A stretch of DNA of 63,992 nt, the filler included, from Candidatus Woesearchaeota archaeon (lineage in GTDB: Archaea > Nanobdellota > Nanobdellia > Woesearchaeales > B72-G16), in the NCBI GenBank assembly GCA_003650545.1. It is 4 parts of 4 records of this genome, joined end to end, with 100 filler letters (N's around TTAATTAATTAA, not from the genome) between each part and the next. Parts side by side here need not be neighbours in the genome. Positions count along the whole stretch, not along the records: positions 40,764 to 60,580 come from QMQO01000025.1; 3 more parts are not named here. One strand, given 5' to 3'. Positions 51,009-59,206 of the stretch are shown here, piece by piece. A model generated the notes under the pieces. The model was not told the DNA's origin, ran no database searches, and saw only the letters and a list, made by a program, of their open reading frames with translations. Every line of letters begins with the position of its first letter. Position 1 is the first letter of the stretch. A program made the position numbers and the translations under genes.

Positions 51009-51080
51009 TGGGCCGGCTCAGCTAGCGACCAAGTTCATCATCGATTATTCAGCTTTGGGAGGATCATCATCGCCGGCCCA
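51009..51080 (-). ncRNA. Box C/D guide sRNA 1
   Basis: TGGGCCGGC-G-ATGATGA-TCCTCCCAAAG-CTGA-ATAATCG-ATGATGA-ACTTGGTCGCTAG-CTGA-GCCGGCCCA: four consensus boxes, 11- and 13-nt guides, a 9-bp terminal stem and a 3-nt k-turn bulge; intergenic. Confidence 0.9.
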
Positions 51081-51090
51081 CAAGAACCTG

Positions 51091-51318
51091 CTATTTCTTT
51101 GCTTCTTCGGCTTTTGCGTCAAAGTATGCTTTCATAAACATGGCATCAAGTGGCAGTAATGGTGAAATGAGCATTGTAATGTCTTGAACATTAAAGCCTT
51201 TCAAAAGCCCGACAAACAATGCTGCAAATGTGCCGCCAGTCCAAGCTACTGCAAGCCAGAATCTGTAATCTCGCTCTTTCTTCGTCAATTTTACTTCTTC
51301 TTTTACTTCTTTACTCAT
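51091..51318 (-). CDS. Holin-like small membrane protein
   Basis: Two TM segments and a charged C-terminus; resemblance only. Confidence 0.5.
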   Translation of the reverse strand: MSKEVKEEVKLTKKERDYRFWLAVAWTGGTFAALFVGLLKGFNVQDITMLISPLLPLDAMFMKAYFDAKAEEAKK

Positions 51319-51929
51319 TTAAACCACCTTTCCAAAATCTTACGAGTGTAAATATATGCAAAGAATGTGAAAGTTAGGATCGTGCCGAAAGTCGAGATGA
51401 GTGGCAGCCAATCGTAAAGCCAATCCAAACCTGCAAACGCAAGCATCTCGCAGAATGCGTAAATGCCTTGTGCAAACGCGTTTGTCATTAATGCGAATTT
51501 ATCGTCAATGTCTTGGCCGGGCCGCAATGCAAGAATCATATAGAGAATGAAAACCGAACCGCCGCCCATAAATGCAACAGCGATGATTCGATTAAGCGAT
51601 TCAGGCCATGCAGTTGGGAAAACAGCGGCGCCATGCGGCATTAATTTAATGTAGCCGTCGCCGCCAAGCCAGCGTAAAACAACGAGATGACCAAACTCAT
51701 GTATCGGCAAAGTCATGAGCCAAAAAATAAGATATACAAATGTAAATGAAAGAATCTTGAAAAGCGTGGGCCGACGTGCACAAGCAAGATAAAGTTGCAC
51801 TCGCAAATCACGTCGCTGTAAATATAAAGTTAAAGCGATGCCACCGACAATTAATGAAGTAAGCAATTCGAAAACAATGGGATTCAAGGCGGATCCTCTC
51901 ACAAAATTCTCACAAAATATAGTTGTCAT
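51315..51929 (-). CDS. M50-like membrane zinc metalloprotease (start may be TTG near 51887)
   Basis: PIHEFGH within a TM helix and AFMGG. Confidence 0.7.
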   Translation of the reverse strand: MTTIFCENFVRGSALNPIVFELLTSLIVGGIALTLYLQRRDLRVQLYLACARRPTLFKILSFTFVYLIFWLMTLPIHEFGHLVVLRWLGGDGYIKLMPHGAAVFPTAWPESLNRIIAVAFMGGGSVFILYMILALRPGQDIDDKFALMTNAFAQGIYAFCEMLAFAGLDWLYDWLPLISTFGTILTFTFFAYIYTRKILERWFK

Positions 51930-51941
51930 AAGACAAGTTTC
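51908..51941 (-). promoter_or_regulatory. 34-bp repeated motif, copy B
   Basis: Heads the leftward late gene block; matches 47332-47365. Confidence 0.6.
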
Positions 51942-52117
51942 ACGTCACAGCAATATGCAGTGAATCATCATTTTACTCATCACGTGCAGCAGAAAATGAA
52001 GCTTAGAACCGAGATAGAAATGTCAAAAACACTTAAATAACGAAAATAATAAAATATTTTATGAACCCCAGCGGTTTAAAGAACCGCGGGGAAATTGAAA
52101 AACAAGGTGAAAATTAA

Positions 52118-52447
52118 ATGTCGATGGCGGCGGATGAGGCCGCAACAATTATTATGCGAGCAGCATCACTCTATCATAAAGCAATTGAAGATCAGCTTAA
52201 TTGCCTCGCAGAAAATGACGTTGATTTTACAGTTTCATATACTGCATTAAAAAATGATCGCGGCCACTGGAGCTTAAAACTTAATGATCCTTCAAATGTT
52301 AATGAAAAATTTGTTAAACAAATTCTCTATTTGATGCGGGATGCAGCATATAATTTTGCAGCAATAATTAGAAGCCTCGGCTTCAACACTGACGTAAAAA
52401 TAAGCAGCAAAAAAGGAATCTTAATTATTTGGAAAAAAGTTAAGTGA
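52118..52447 (+). CDS. Hypothetical viral protein
   Basis: GGTGA RBS, upstream TTAAATA box and a leader hairpin at 52066-52091. Confidence 0.7.
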   Translation: MSMAADEAATIIMRAASLYHKAIEDQLNCLAENDVDFTVSYTALKNDRGHWSLKLNDPSNVNEKFVKQILYLMRDAAYNFAAIIRSLGFNTDVKISSKKGILIIWKKVK

Positions 52448-53126
52448 ATTTTGTTTTAAGTTCTTCAAGCTGCTTTATTGCTTCTTCAATGTCACTTAAA
52501 CTTTTAATTGTGAATGTAAGTGTTATTGCTTTCTCTCCTGCTTCTTTAATCTTGAAGTTTGGTGTTTTAATTATCTTTTTGAAGTATAGTGTTGAGTCGC
52601 GGTAATCTGTTTCACGTCCACAGTCTTCTGCTGTTTTTGCATAGAAATTATCTTGTAAATCATGTTTGATTAAGCGAACTTTTATTCTTGCGAGTTGTCG
52701 GCCTGCCTCTGATCCACGTGGATATCTTCTTGATCCTCTGTAAGCCCAGCATACGCGAATTGCTTCAGCAGTATCTGAATCTTCAATACTATCAATGTCT
52801 AGAACGAGATAATTCTCAGTTTCTTTTATTACTTTGACTTTCACTGCAACCAGCTGATAAGTAACTTTATGAACTTCACTTGCTGCTCCAAGAACATCAA
52901 TGATGTCGGCCGGCAGAATTTCATTAACATTTAACTCAACTTCCTCAACGCTAGGCTCGCTAAAAACTATTAGTTTTGCTTTTTCCAGCTCTTCTTTTGA
53001 TCCGCGGAAAATAAAGCCTCCATAACGTCCTTCACTTGCATATCTTATTTCATCATTCTCCATCAAAAAAGTAAGACACTTCTTTTCTGAAGGAAGTCGA
53101 AACACGAGTTTTTTAAGAGGCTCCAT
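52440..53126 (-). CDS. Hypothetical viral protein
   Basis: 228-aa ORF with its own TATA box and GGTGG RBS. Confidence 0.75.
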   Translation of the reverse strand: MEPLKKLVFRLPSEKKCLTFLMENDEIRYASEGRYGGFIFRGSKEELEKAKLIVFSEPSVEEVELNVNEILPADIIDVLGAASEVHKVTYQLVAVKVKVIKETENYLVLDIDSIEDSDTAEAIRVCWAYRGSRRYPRGSEAGRQLARIKVRLIKHDLQDNFYAKTAEDCGRETDYRDSTLYFKKIIKTPNFKIKEAGEKAITLTFTIKSLSDIEEAIKQLEELKTKFT

Positions 53127-53255
53127 CTTTTTCCACCCAGTAGAAAATTTAGAACAAGAAGTATATAAACTTTTCTATTCAGGTTCCCTTTGAATAGAAC
53201 TGATTCCGAAAAATTTAAATACAACTACAACCACATTTTCTACCGGGTGGAAATC

Positions 53256-53459
53256 ATGAATGAAATGGTAAAAATTAAACTACCATATTTTCCATTCATA
53301 AAATATGTACCATATAAGCAGTTGCTCAATGAAGTTAGAGGTACATTTCTTGAACAAGCTTTAAAACAAATAAAGGAAACTGGGCGAAAATATGCAGAAG
53401 TAAAGTGTCCTTGTTGTGGCAGAATCATTAGAATTTCTATCGAAGAAGTTGAGAGGTGA
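53256..53459 (+). CDS. Small hypothetical protein with CPCC motif
   Basis: Start reassigned to the ATG after the GGTGG RBS. Confidence 0.65.
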   Translation: MNEMVKIKLPYFPFIKYVPYKQLLNEVRGTFLEQALKQIKETGRKYAEVKCPCCGRIIRISIEEVER

Positions 53460-53465
53460 TTTATA

Positions 53466-53684
53466 ATGCAAGTTCAAGTTTTTTCTTTGGAGCGGCTTCG
53501 TGAGTTTGTTGAGTCGCAGCGTTGCAGCTGGTGTGGCGGTCGGCTGAAAATGAAGTATTATGATCATCCAAATGGGGTTGAAACTGAGGTTGGCAAAGTC
53601 TGGGTTTATGGTGAATGTCAGAAATGCGGGTACCAGTGGGCGTTATGGAAACTCTTAAGGAGAAAAAGTAGAAGTGTTACGTGA
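53466..53684 (+). CDS. Zinc-finger protein
   Basis: CSWC..CQKC; GAGGTGA RBS. Confidence 0.75.
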   Translation: MQVQVFSLERLREFVESQRCSWCGGRLKMKYYDHPNGVETEVGKVWVYGECQKCGYQWALWKLLRRKSRSVT

Positions 53685-53916
53685 AGGTGGAAGAGTGATG
53701 AGTGAGCGTAAATTGAAGTCAATTAAAGTTGAGTTTAATGTGTGGCAGGAGCTTGTGCGGCTTCAAGGTGAATTGCAGAAAAAACAAGGTAAGCGAGTGT
53801 CTATGAGTGACACAATACAATATTTATTAGATAGATATTATATAACAAGCAGTAAAAAAGTTAGCGATAGTTATACAAAATCCGGCGGCGATGACAATTA
53901 CGTTGAAGTCACTTAA
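53674..53916 (+). CDS. RHH/antitoxin-like DNA-binding protein
   Basis: KSIKV..VWQEL..SMSDTIQYLL pattern. Confidence 0.65.
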   Translation: MLREGGRVMSERKLKSIKVEFNVWQELVRLQGELQKKQGKRVSMSDTIQYLLDRYYITSSKKVSDSYTKSGGDDNYVEVT

Positions 53917-54277
53917 TTTTCATTTTTCTTTTTTGTTTTTCTAAGTCTAGTGCTGCTTTTATTCTGAAGTTGCCTTGCTCATCTTTGACGATTGAAAGTG
54001 ATCTTACATGTTTTGAGTTTCTTCGTCTTGCTTGTGCAACCCGCCACAAATACCGCATCTTAATTCTATTCTTCTTCACATAATCTTGCAGCCACCGCCG
54101 CTTATATTCGCGGCGAAAACGCTTTTGACACTCATCACATCTAGTTGCCGGCCCACGTTTCCTAAAGATTCTAAAACATTCGCGGCAAAGCCGGCCCAAA
54201 ACAACAACCAAAATGTATCTAACCATCACACATTCAATATCACGGATTTTCTTATGAACTTCCTTTTCAGTTCTCAT
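53909..54277 (-). CDS. Basic zinc-finger protein
   Basis: CREC..CDEC followed by an Arg-rich helix. Confidence 0.65.
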   Translation of the reverse strand: MRTEKEVHKKIRDIECVMVRYILVVVLGRLCRECFRIFRKRGPATRCDECQKRFRREYKRRWLQDYVKKNRIKMRYLWRVAQARRRNSKHVRSLSIVKDEQGNFRIKAALDLEKQKRKMKIK

Positions 54278-54450
54278 TTATCCTCACGCTCCTTTACTTT
54301 TCTTTTGAATTGAAGAATTGCCCAGCCTTTTTTGCGAAAACAAATTGTTTTGATGTGTTTTTCTTCAATCCATGACAAACAAAACCATTTCCTACCTATA
54401 CCATCAAATTCATATAATTCAATATCTTTGTGTTTCATTATCAACCGCAT
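54274..54450 (-). CDS. 58-aa hypothetical protein (below cutoff)
   Basis: MRLIMKHKDIELYEFDGIGRKWF...; ATGA overlap with the next gene. Confidence 0.55.
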   Translation of the reverse strand: MRLIMKHKDIELYEFDGIGRKWFCLSWIEEKHIKTICFRKKGWAILQFKRKVKEREDK

Positions 54451-54731
54451 TTTCCTACACCCTTTTTTTCTTGTTGTTTGATGAGTTGCTCAATGATTTC
54501 GTTTTGAACGTCGCGGTAGAAGTCAGCGCCAAAGATTGCATGCACAAGGCCGCATTTTGGGCATACGAGTTCTTTTAAATGTATTGCGCCGATGTATTCA
54601 ACGACTTTAAGTTTTGCGCCGCATTCAATGCAGTGTGAAAGTCGAATGTCAAGCTGCGGCGGTAAATGTGAGTCTATAACGACTTTATACATCCAGCCGG
54701 TCGATGCTACGAGGATCATGCGCTTACCCAA
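54441..54731 (-). CDS. Zinc-ribbon protein
   Basis: CIEC..CPKC. Confidence 0.65.
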   Translation of the reverse strand: MGKRMILVASTGWMYKVVIDSHLPPQLDIRLSHCIECGAKLKVVEYIGAIHLKELVCPKCGLVHAIFGADFYRDVQNEIIEQLIKQQEKKGVGKCG

Positions 54732-55015
54732 ACCCTATACCTCCATTCATGTGATGATGATCTTGCATTACAAATTTCATAATACATGATCTTAGAATGC
54801 TGCTGCACACGCTGAAGCTTACCAATAATAACTTCAAGATCACGCAAAAGCTCCCGCCTCACATCATCAAGCTCACTCATAACATTCCCAAGCTCATCAA
54901 CCTGAAGATTTTCAACTGAACTTTTTAGATCATCAAGCAACTCAACATAAAACTGCGAAGACTTCCACACCCTAAACAATCTCTCAAGCAGTAAACCAAT
55001 ATTCTGAGATTTCAA
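54716..55015 (-). CDS. Coiled-coil hypothetical protein
   Basis: Overlaps both neighbours in the operon. Confidence 0.6.
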   Translation of the reverse strand: MKSQNIGLLLERLFRVWKSSQFYVELLDDLKSSVENLQVDELGNVMSELDDVRRELLRDLEVIIGKLQRVQQHSKIMYYEICNARSSSHEWRYRVWVSA

Positions 55016-55809
55016 AATGATACCCCCTCCCCCTTTTTCATATTATTTTTATTTTCACATCTATCACAATGTTCTCGAAATTCACAAGCAACATAGCATT
55101 GCCAACGCATAGACTCATTTTGCTTCGCTTCGGCCGGCGGCAACGTCTTCGTAATAATAAATTCATGAAGCTGCTTCACACGATCAATAAGCATATCAAG
55201 TCGATCACGATCAAACACGACTGGACAAACCTTAATCTGCAACGTAGGCTTCTCAACATAAACAATTGCGCCATAACGGCAGCGCATCGCATACAAGTAA
55301 ATCATAAGCTGATTCACATGCTCAGAATAAGGTAATTCAACATCAACATGCTCCTTACGCTCACGATCCCACTTTCTAAATGACTTTATGCTTTTCACTT
55401 CAATGACAATTGGCTCTTTAAATCCGCGAAGCAGAATCATATCGTCGTAGCGACCGCGGATCTGAATATCATCAATAATAATTGCGAATTCACCTTCATT
55501 GTGCAGCAACTCAATCTTCTCACTTTTCTCCAAAACTTCTTTAATGAAGCTGTGAATAATGTTGCCGGCGTGAAAGATCCTGAGCTTTTCACTTGAAACG
55601 GGTTTCGGCGGTGAAGTATAAAGATAAAAGAGCCGCCTTAAACAATACGAAATCATTGATGGATAGTAAACGCCAACAACTAATGGTCGTTCTTCACGCC
55701 TTAAATATTCATCGATTGCTTGATTAATCGTGCCTTCAAGATCAAGTGATAAGAAGCTATTTTCGGCGAGTTCGGGCCGGCTGTATGGAATTAATATGAC
55801 TTCACTCAC
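55012..55809 (-). CDS. Cas4-like PD-(D/E)XK nuclease (solo)
   Basis: PSMISYCLR, GRYD, IEVKS, QLMIY and C-terminal CxxxCxxxxxC Fe-S cysteines. Confidence 0.85.
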   Translation of the reverse strand: MSEVILIPYSRPELAENSFLSLDLEGTINQAIDEYLRREERPLVVGVYYPSMISYCLRRLFYLYTSPPKPVSSEKLRIFHAGNIIHSFIKEVLEKSEKIELLHNEGEFAIIIDDIQIRGRYDDMILLRGFKEPIVIEVKSIKSFRKWDRERKEHVDVELPYSEHVNQLMIYLYAMRCRYGAIVYVEKPTLQIKVCPVVFDRDRLDMLIDRVKQLHEFIITKTLPPAEAKQNESMRWQCYVACEFREHCDRCENKNNMKKGEGVSF

Positions 55810-55810
55810 G

Positions 55811-55919
55811 TTATCATCACTCCTTCTTGAATTATCATCACAGTGAGTGATGGTAATACGCGTGAAAAGTGATGATAATCTACGGAAAAGTGATGATGAG
55901 TGATGATAAGTGATGATAA
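55811..55919. repeat. Iteron cluster 1 (seven GTGATGATAA-like 10-mers)
   Basis: Reverse copies at 55811 and 55832; forward copies at 55847, 55869, 55890, 55900 and 55910. Confidence 0.85.
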
Positions 55920-55932
55920 TCTGTGAGAAACA

Positions 55933-56139
55933 CTAAGCATTTTCTTCACTCTCCTCAAAATATTCACATGAAGCACAATCACAATGCTTACAAACTTCGT
56001 CAGTTATCCACTGTCGATCACAGATGATCTCGTCCAATATTTTGCAGCGGGTTAGCAGTAATCCGCCTGAAGTTACGTGTTCAGCGTGTTTGCATTTAAA
56101 GCAAGGAGGTTCAAAATCCTCAAAATCTTCAGACTTCAT
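55933..56139 (-). CDS. Cys-rich small protein
   Basis: PCFKC plus five further cysteines. Confidence 0.65.
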   Translation of the reverse strand: MKSEDFEDFEPPCFKCKHAEHVTSGGLLLTRCKILDEIICDRQWITDEVCKHCDCASCEYFEESEENA

Positions 56140-57766
56140 TTTTATTCCACTCCATAAGTTTTAAGTAGAGATTACCGGCCCGACGCTCTAAGAATAGTTT
56201 ACCCTCATCGATGAGTTCTTCGATGATTGGATCGGGGTTTGCTAGTCCGTTGAGTGCACAGGTGTTCAGCAATTGTCGATATTCTATGCCTTCCGGCCGG
56301 TGTTTCTCTATGAGTGTGATGATCCAGCGCTTAAAACTTAATTTTTCTAGTGTTTTCTCTGTATTACCATCACTCATCATCACTTCCATTGTTTTATCAT
56401 CACTCGTTATCATCACTTTTTCCGGCGTTATCATCACAGGATGTGATGATAAAAACAGGTCTAGTGATGATGGAATGTAGCGGCGTGCAAGTCGAACTAT
56501 AAGTTTTTCATCGTATTTAATGGCGATTCGACTGTCGTCGTTACTCATTCGCATTTTCTTGAAGCCAAGCTTCTTCAAAATTTTGCCAAGCTGTGTAGGT
56601 CGCATTTGATCTTTTTCGTCTCGATTCATATTGATTTGATCAAGAATAGTTTGTAATGGTAATTTGTTTTTCTCGACGAGATCTTTACATTTGATGATTG
56701 CGTCGATGACTTCAGCTTCAATTGTTGTTCGTTCTTCTTCACGTATTATTGTTGCTAGGCTTTCACCATATTTAATCAAATTTTGTTTTACGTCGGCCGG
56801 CGTCACAGCGAGCGGTGCAATGAATAATTCAGTTAGGCGGCCGTTCTCACCTATCCGTACGATTTGATCCTCAGTTACGTTAAAGTCATCTTCAATTAGT
56901 TTTTGTATGCGGTATCGTAACAGTTTGCTGCGGAGATTGGCGGCCCAGTCAAAATCAAGCATAATCTTCACTTGTCGCACGGCGCGGCTCATATTAATTA
57001 TGAAGCATCTTGACTGAAATGTCGGTGCTAAAAGAGTTGTGCATGCAACTGCCTTGAAGCCAAACACGTCATAAAGGCCGAGTTCAAGTTTATTTTCACC
57101 AACTTTTTCAACTCGTATTGCACATTGTCCGCGTCGATATCCAGCGTTTAGGAGTGCCATGACTTCAAGCATGTCGCTGCGATTATAGATTTCAGCTTCA
57201 TCAAGAATGATTGTTGGGTGCCATGCTTCACATGCGCGGAATAATCCGGCTGGTCGAATGCTTGTTGACATTAAGCCGCGATAACTAAGTTGCCACAAAA
57301 CTTCTAGGCAGCGCGTTTTACCCGAGTTGAGTGGGCCGATGAAAAACAGGTAAGGTACTACATTGAATTTTTCGGGGATCCACGTCGCCATGATCCAGCT
57401 CGCCATAAGCGCGTAATGCTCCTTCTCGCTAAAATCAATATGCTGATAAACATAATCATAGATTTCTTGCCACAACTCATCTTCATTAACGCGATCAACC
57501 GGCGGCTTCGGAATAGGCGGCCAAGGCAGCTTCTTCAAAGCAACCTCATTAATCTCATAGCCATTTTCATCAACACCGAGATAACGTACTGCAGGCCGCT
57601 GCACATGCAAAACAAACTTATCACGCTCTCCACGCACAAAATAAGCTTCACAATAAGCGTATTGACCATCATCACACATTACTTGCTCAAACAGAAACAT
57701 ATTCCGCTGATCAAAATAACCTGGCGAATACTTTACAATAACCTTCTCACGACTATTACGCCTCAT
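56129..57766 (-). CDS. P-loop AAA+/helicase-like replication protein with C-terminal wHTH
   Basis: GPLNSGKT, ILDEAE, LLNAGY and the QSRC arginine finger. Confidence 0.75.
   Translation of the reverse strand: MRRNSREKVIVKYSPGYFDQRNMFLFEQVMCDDGQYAYCEAYFVRGERDKFVLHVQRPAVRYLGVDENGYEINEVALKKLPWPPIPKPPVDRVNEDELWQEIYDYVYQHIDFSEKEHYALMASWIMATWIPEKFNVVPYLFFIGPLNSGKTRCLEVLWQLSYRGLMSTSIRPAGLFRACEAWHPTIILDEAEIYNRSDMLEVMALLNAGYRRGQCAIRVEKVGENKLELGLYDVFGFKAVACTTLLAPTFQSRCFIINMSRAVRQVKIMLDFDWAANLRSKLLRYRIQKLIEDDFNVTEDQIVRIGENGRLTELFIAPLAVTPADVKQNLIKYGESLATIIREEERTTIEAEVIDAIIKCKDLVEKNKLPLQTILDQINMNRDEKDQMRPTQLGKILKKLGFKKMRMSNDDSRIAIKYDEKLIVRLARRYIPSSLDLFLSSHPVMITPEKVMITSDDKTMEVMMSDGNTEKTLEKLSFKRWIITLIEKHRPEGIEYRQLLNTCALNGLANPDPIIEELIDEGKLFLERRAGNLYLKLMEWNKNEV
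56364..56473. repeat. Iteron cluster 2 inside the replication gene
   Basis: Reverse copies at 56364, 56374, 56394, 56407 and 56428; forward copies at 56443 and 56464. Confidence 0.85.
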
Positions 57767-58071
57767 TTCAGTCCCTCACAAAGAAATTCAACTATACCAG
57801 CGAGAATGAAGACAAAACTGAGATGAGCTGTAATTAAGAGAATTGTCGCGAAAATGATGTACATAATTATTTTGAAGAAATCAATTGTGTATTGTGAGTT
57901 GAGATCTGGACCGCCGATTATGCGATAAATTTCATCGGTTAAATACCATGCGCCTGTAATTGTGCAAATATATATAATTATTGTTAAAATAATTGTAAGT
58001 GCTAAAAGCAACCCACTTTTAATTGCGAAATCAGCCTTTTCGAGTAAAGAGGAAAAAATAAGGAATTTCAT
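57763..58071 (-). CDS. Two-TM membrane protein
   Basis: Hydrophobic helices; ATGA overlap with the next gene. Confidence 0.6.
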   Translation of the reverse strand: MKFLIFSSLLEKADFAIKSGLLLALTIILTIIIYICTITGAWYLTDEIYRIIGGPDLNSQYTIDFFKIIMYIIFATILLITAHLSFVFILAGIVEFLCEGLK

Positions 58072-58077
58072 GGCATT

Positions 58078-58884
58078 TCACTCCATAATGTGCATATCTG
58101 GCTGCTTGTTGCGGCCCGGCTCTGGGCAAATCCAAATTGAAATGATGCCGATCTTGTTTGGCGGGAGTAAGCGACGCTCAGCGTATGATGCGGTTTTCGT
58201 TATCTTCCAGCCTCGCAGAAATGTGCCGGTAATCGCAAAGATCCTTTTGCGCTCAACGATTTTGCAGGATCTTGTGACGCGAAGCTGAATATTACGGAAA
58301 CCGGCAACTTCATGTACATGACCAACAAGATATATGTCGGCGTCAAAGTATCTTGCAAGATCCTCAACGCGATTTATTTTGCCGCCGATCCGCCGGCCCG
58401 AGTAATAGCCATGAGTCGCAAATATGTCGATGGTGACGGTGTGGCGGCCGCGTTTGAAAACAAGCTTTACAAATGCAGCAAAATCAAGATATGGCACACC
58501 AAGCTTATATGCAAGCTCATCAACCCAATTATGATAATGACGGCGTCTTAGTAAGTCATCATGGTTTCCAGTCAACAAACCTAGACAATTATGTTTGATT
58601 GGCTCAAAAAGCTCATAAATGAATTGATACTGTTTTTCTGGCGTGTAAAGCTCGGGATCAATTACATCTAAATCAAGTCGTTTCTCATTTGGATGAGGAA
58701 AAATTGCGTTGGCATAGTCACCCATTCCGATCCAGAGCGCATCTTGATGTAAGATGAAGTCGCGGATCTCAATTAGTTTATCTTTATCGCAATTTCGGTG
58801 ACCAACATGAAGATCGCCGAATGGAATGAGCAGAAATGTGTCGCCGGGCTTTTCATATTCGATGATGTGTTTTACAACGCGCAT
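58078..58884 (-). CDS. Calcineurin-like metallophosphoesterase
   Basis: GDLH, GD, GNHD, THG and GHVH. Confidence 0.9.
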   Translation of the reverse strand: MRVVKHIIEYEKPGDTFLLIPFGDLHVGHRNCDKDKLIEIRDFILHQDALWIGMGDYANAIFPHPNEKRLDLDVIDPELYTPEKQYQFIYELFEPIKHNCLGLLTGNHDDLLRRRHYHNWVDELAYKLGVPYLDFAAFVKLVFKRGRHTVTIDIFATHGYYSGRRIGGKINRVEDLARYFDADIYLVGHVHEVAGFRNIQLRVTRSCKIVERKRIFAITGTFLRGWKITKTASYAERRLLPPNKIGIISIWICPEPGRNKQPDMHIME

Positions 58885-58891
58885 AGAAACG

Positions 58892-59206
58892 TCACCACTC
58901 TAAACCATGCTCATACTTAATATGCCGGGAAAACTCAACCCAATCAGTGAATCTTTCACCACAAAACATGCAGCGAACAGCTTTACCGCGTTTCAGCATT
59001 GCGCGGATTCGTGCGCGCTGCCTAACACGCGCATACTTAACTCTAACAAGCCGCCCACATTTTGGGCAGCGCTTCCTACCTGCCTTATCCGTCTTAAGCT
59101 CTTCCTTAGGAATCCATTTCCCACAGTGTTTGCAATAAGCATACTTATCATATTTTCTGAAGACAGGTCTTTGGATCGGCCACGCATTCAAAATAACAGA
59201 ACTCAC
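58892..59206 (-). CDS. Double zinc-finger protein
   Basis: CKHC..CPKC and a C2H2 finger CMFC..HIKYEH. Confidence 0.75.
   Translation of the reverse strand: MSSVILNAWPIQRPVFRKYDKYAYCKHCGKWIPKEELKTDKAGRKRCPKCGRLVRVKYARVRQRARIRAMLKRGKAVRCMFCGERFTDWVEFSRHIKYEHGLEW

Noticed and set aside
51053..51063. sRNA 1 D' guide resembling a 23S rRNA segment (UCCUCCCAAAG)
   Set aside because: From memory the resemblance is in the sense orientation, so it could not guide there. It is probably chance.
51941..51990. Third C/D sRNA (GTGATGA and ATGATGA on the minus strand)
   Set aside because: The two C-like boxes are only 5 nt apart, with no D' box or guide between them.
55012..55809. CRISPR-Cas system
   Set aside because: Only a solo Cas4-like nuclease is present; there is no array and no other cas gene.
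55811..55925. GTGATGA repeats as a C/D, TIGR-like or CRISPR array
   Set aside because: Copies occur in both orientations, lack CUGA partners and unique spacers, and recur inside a CDS. DNA iterons fit better, and no Nop-domain or Cas1/Cas2 gene was recognised.
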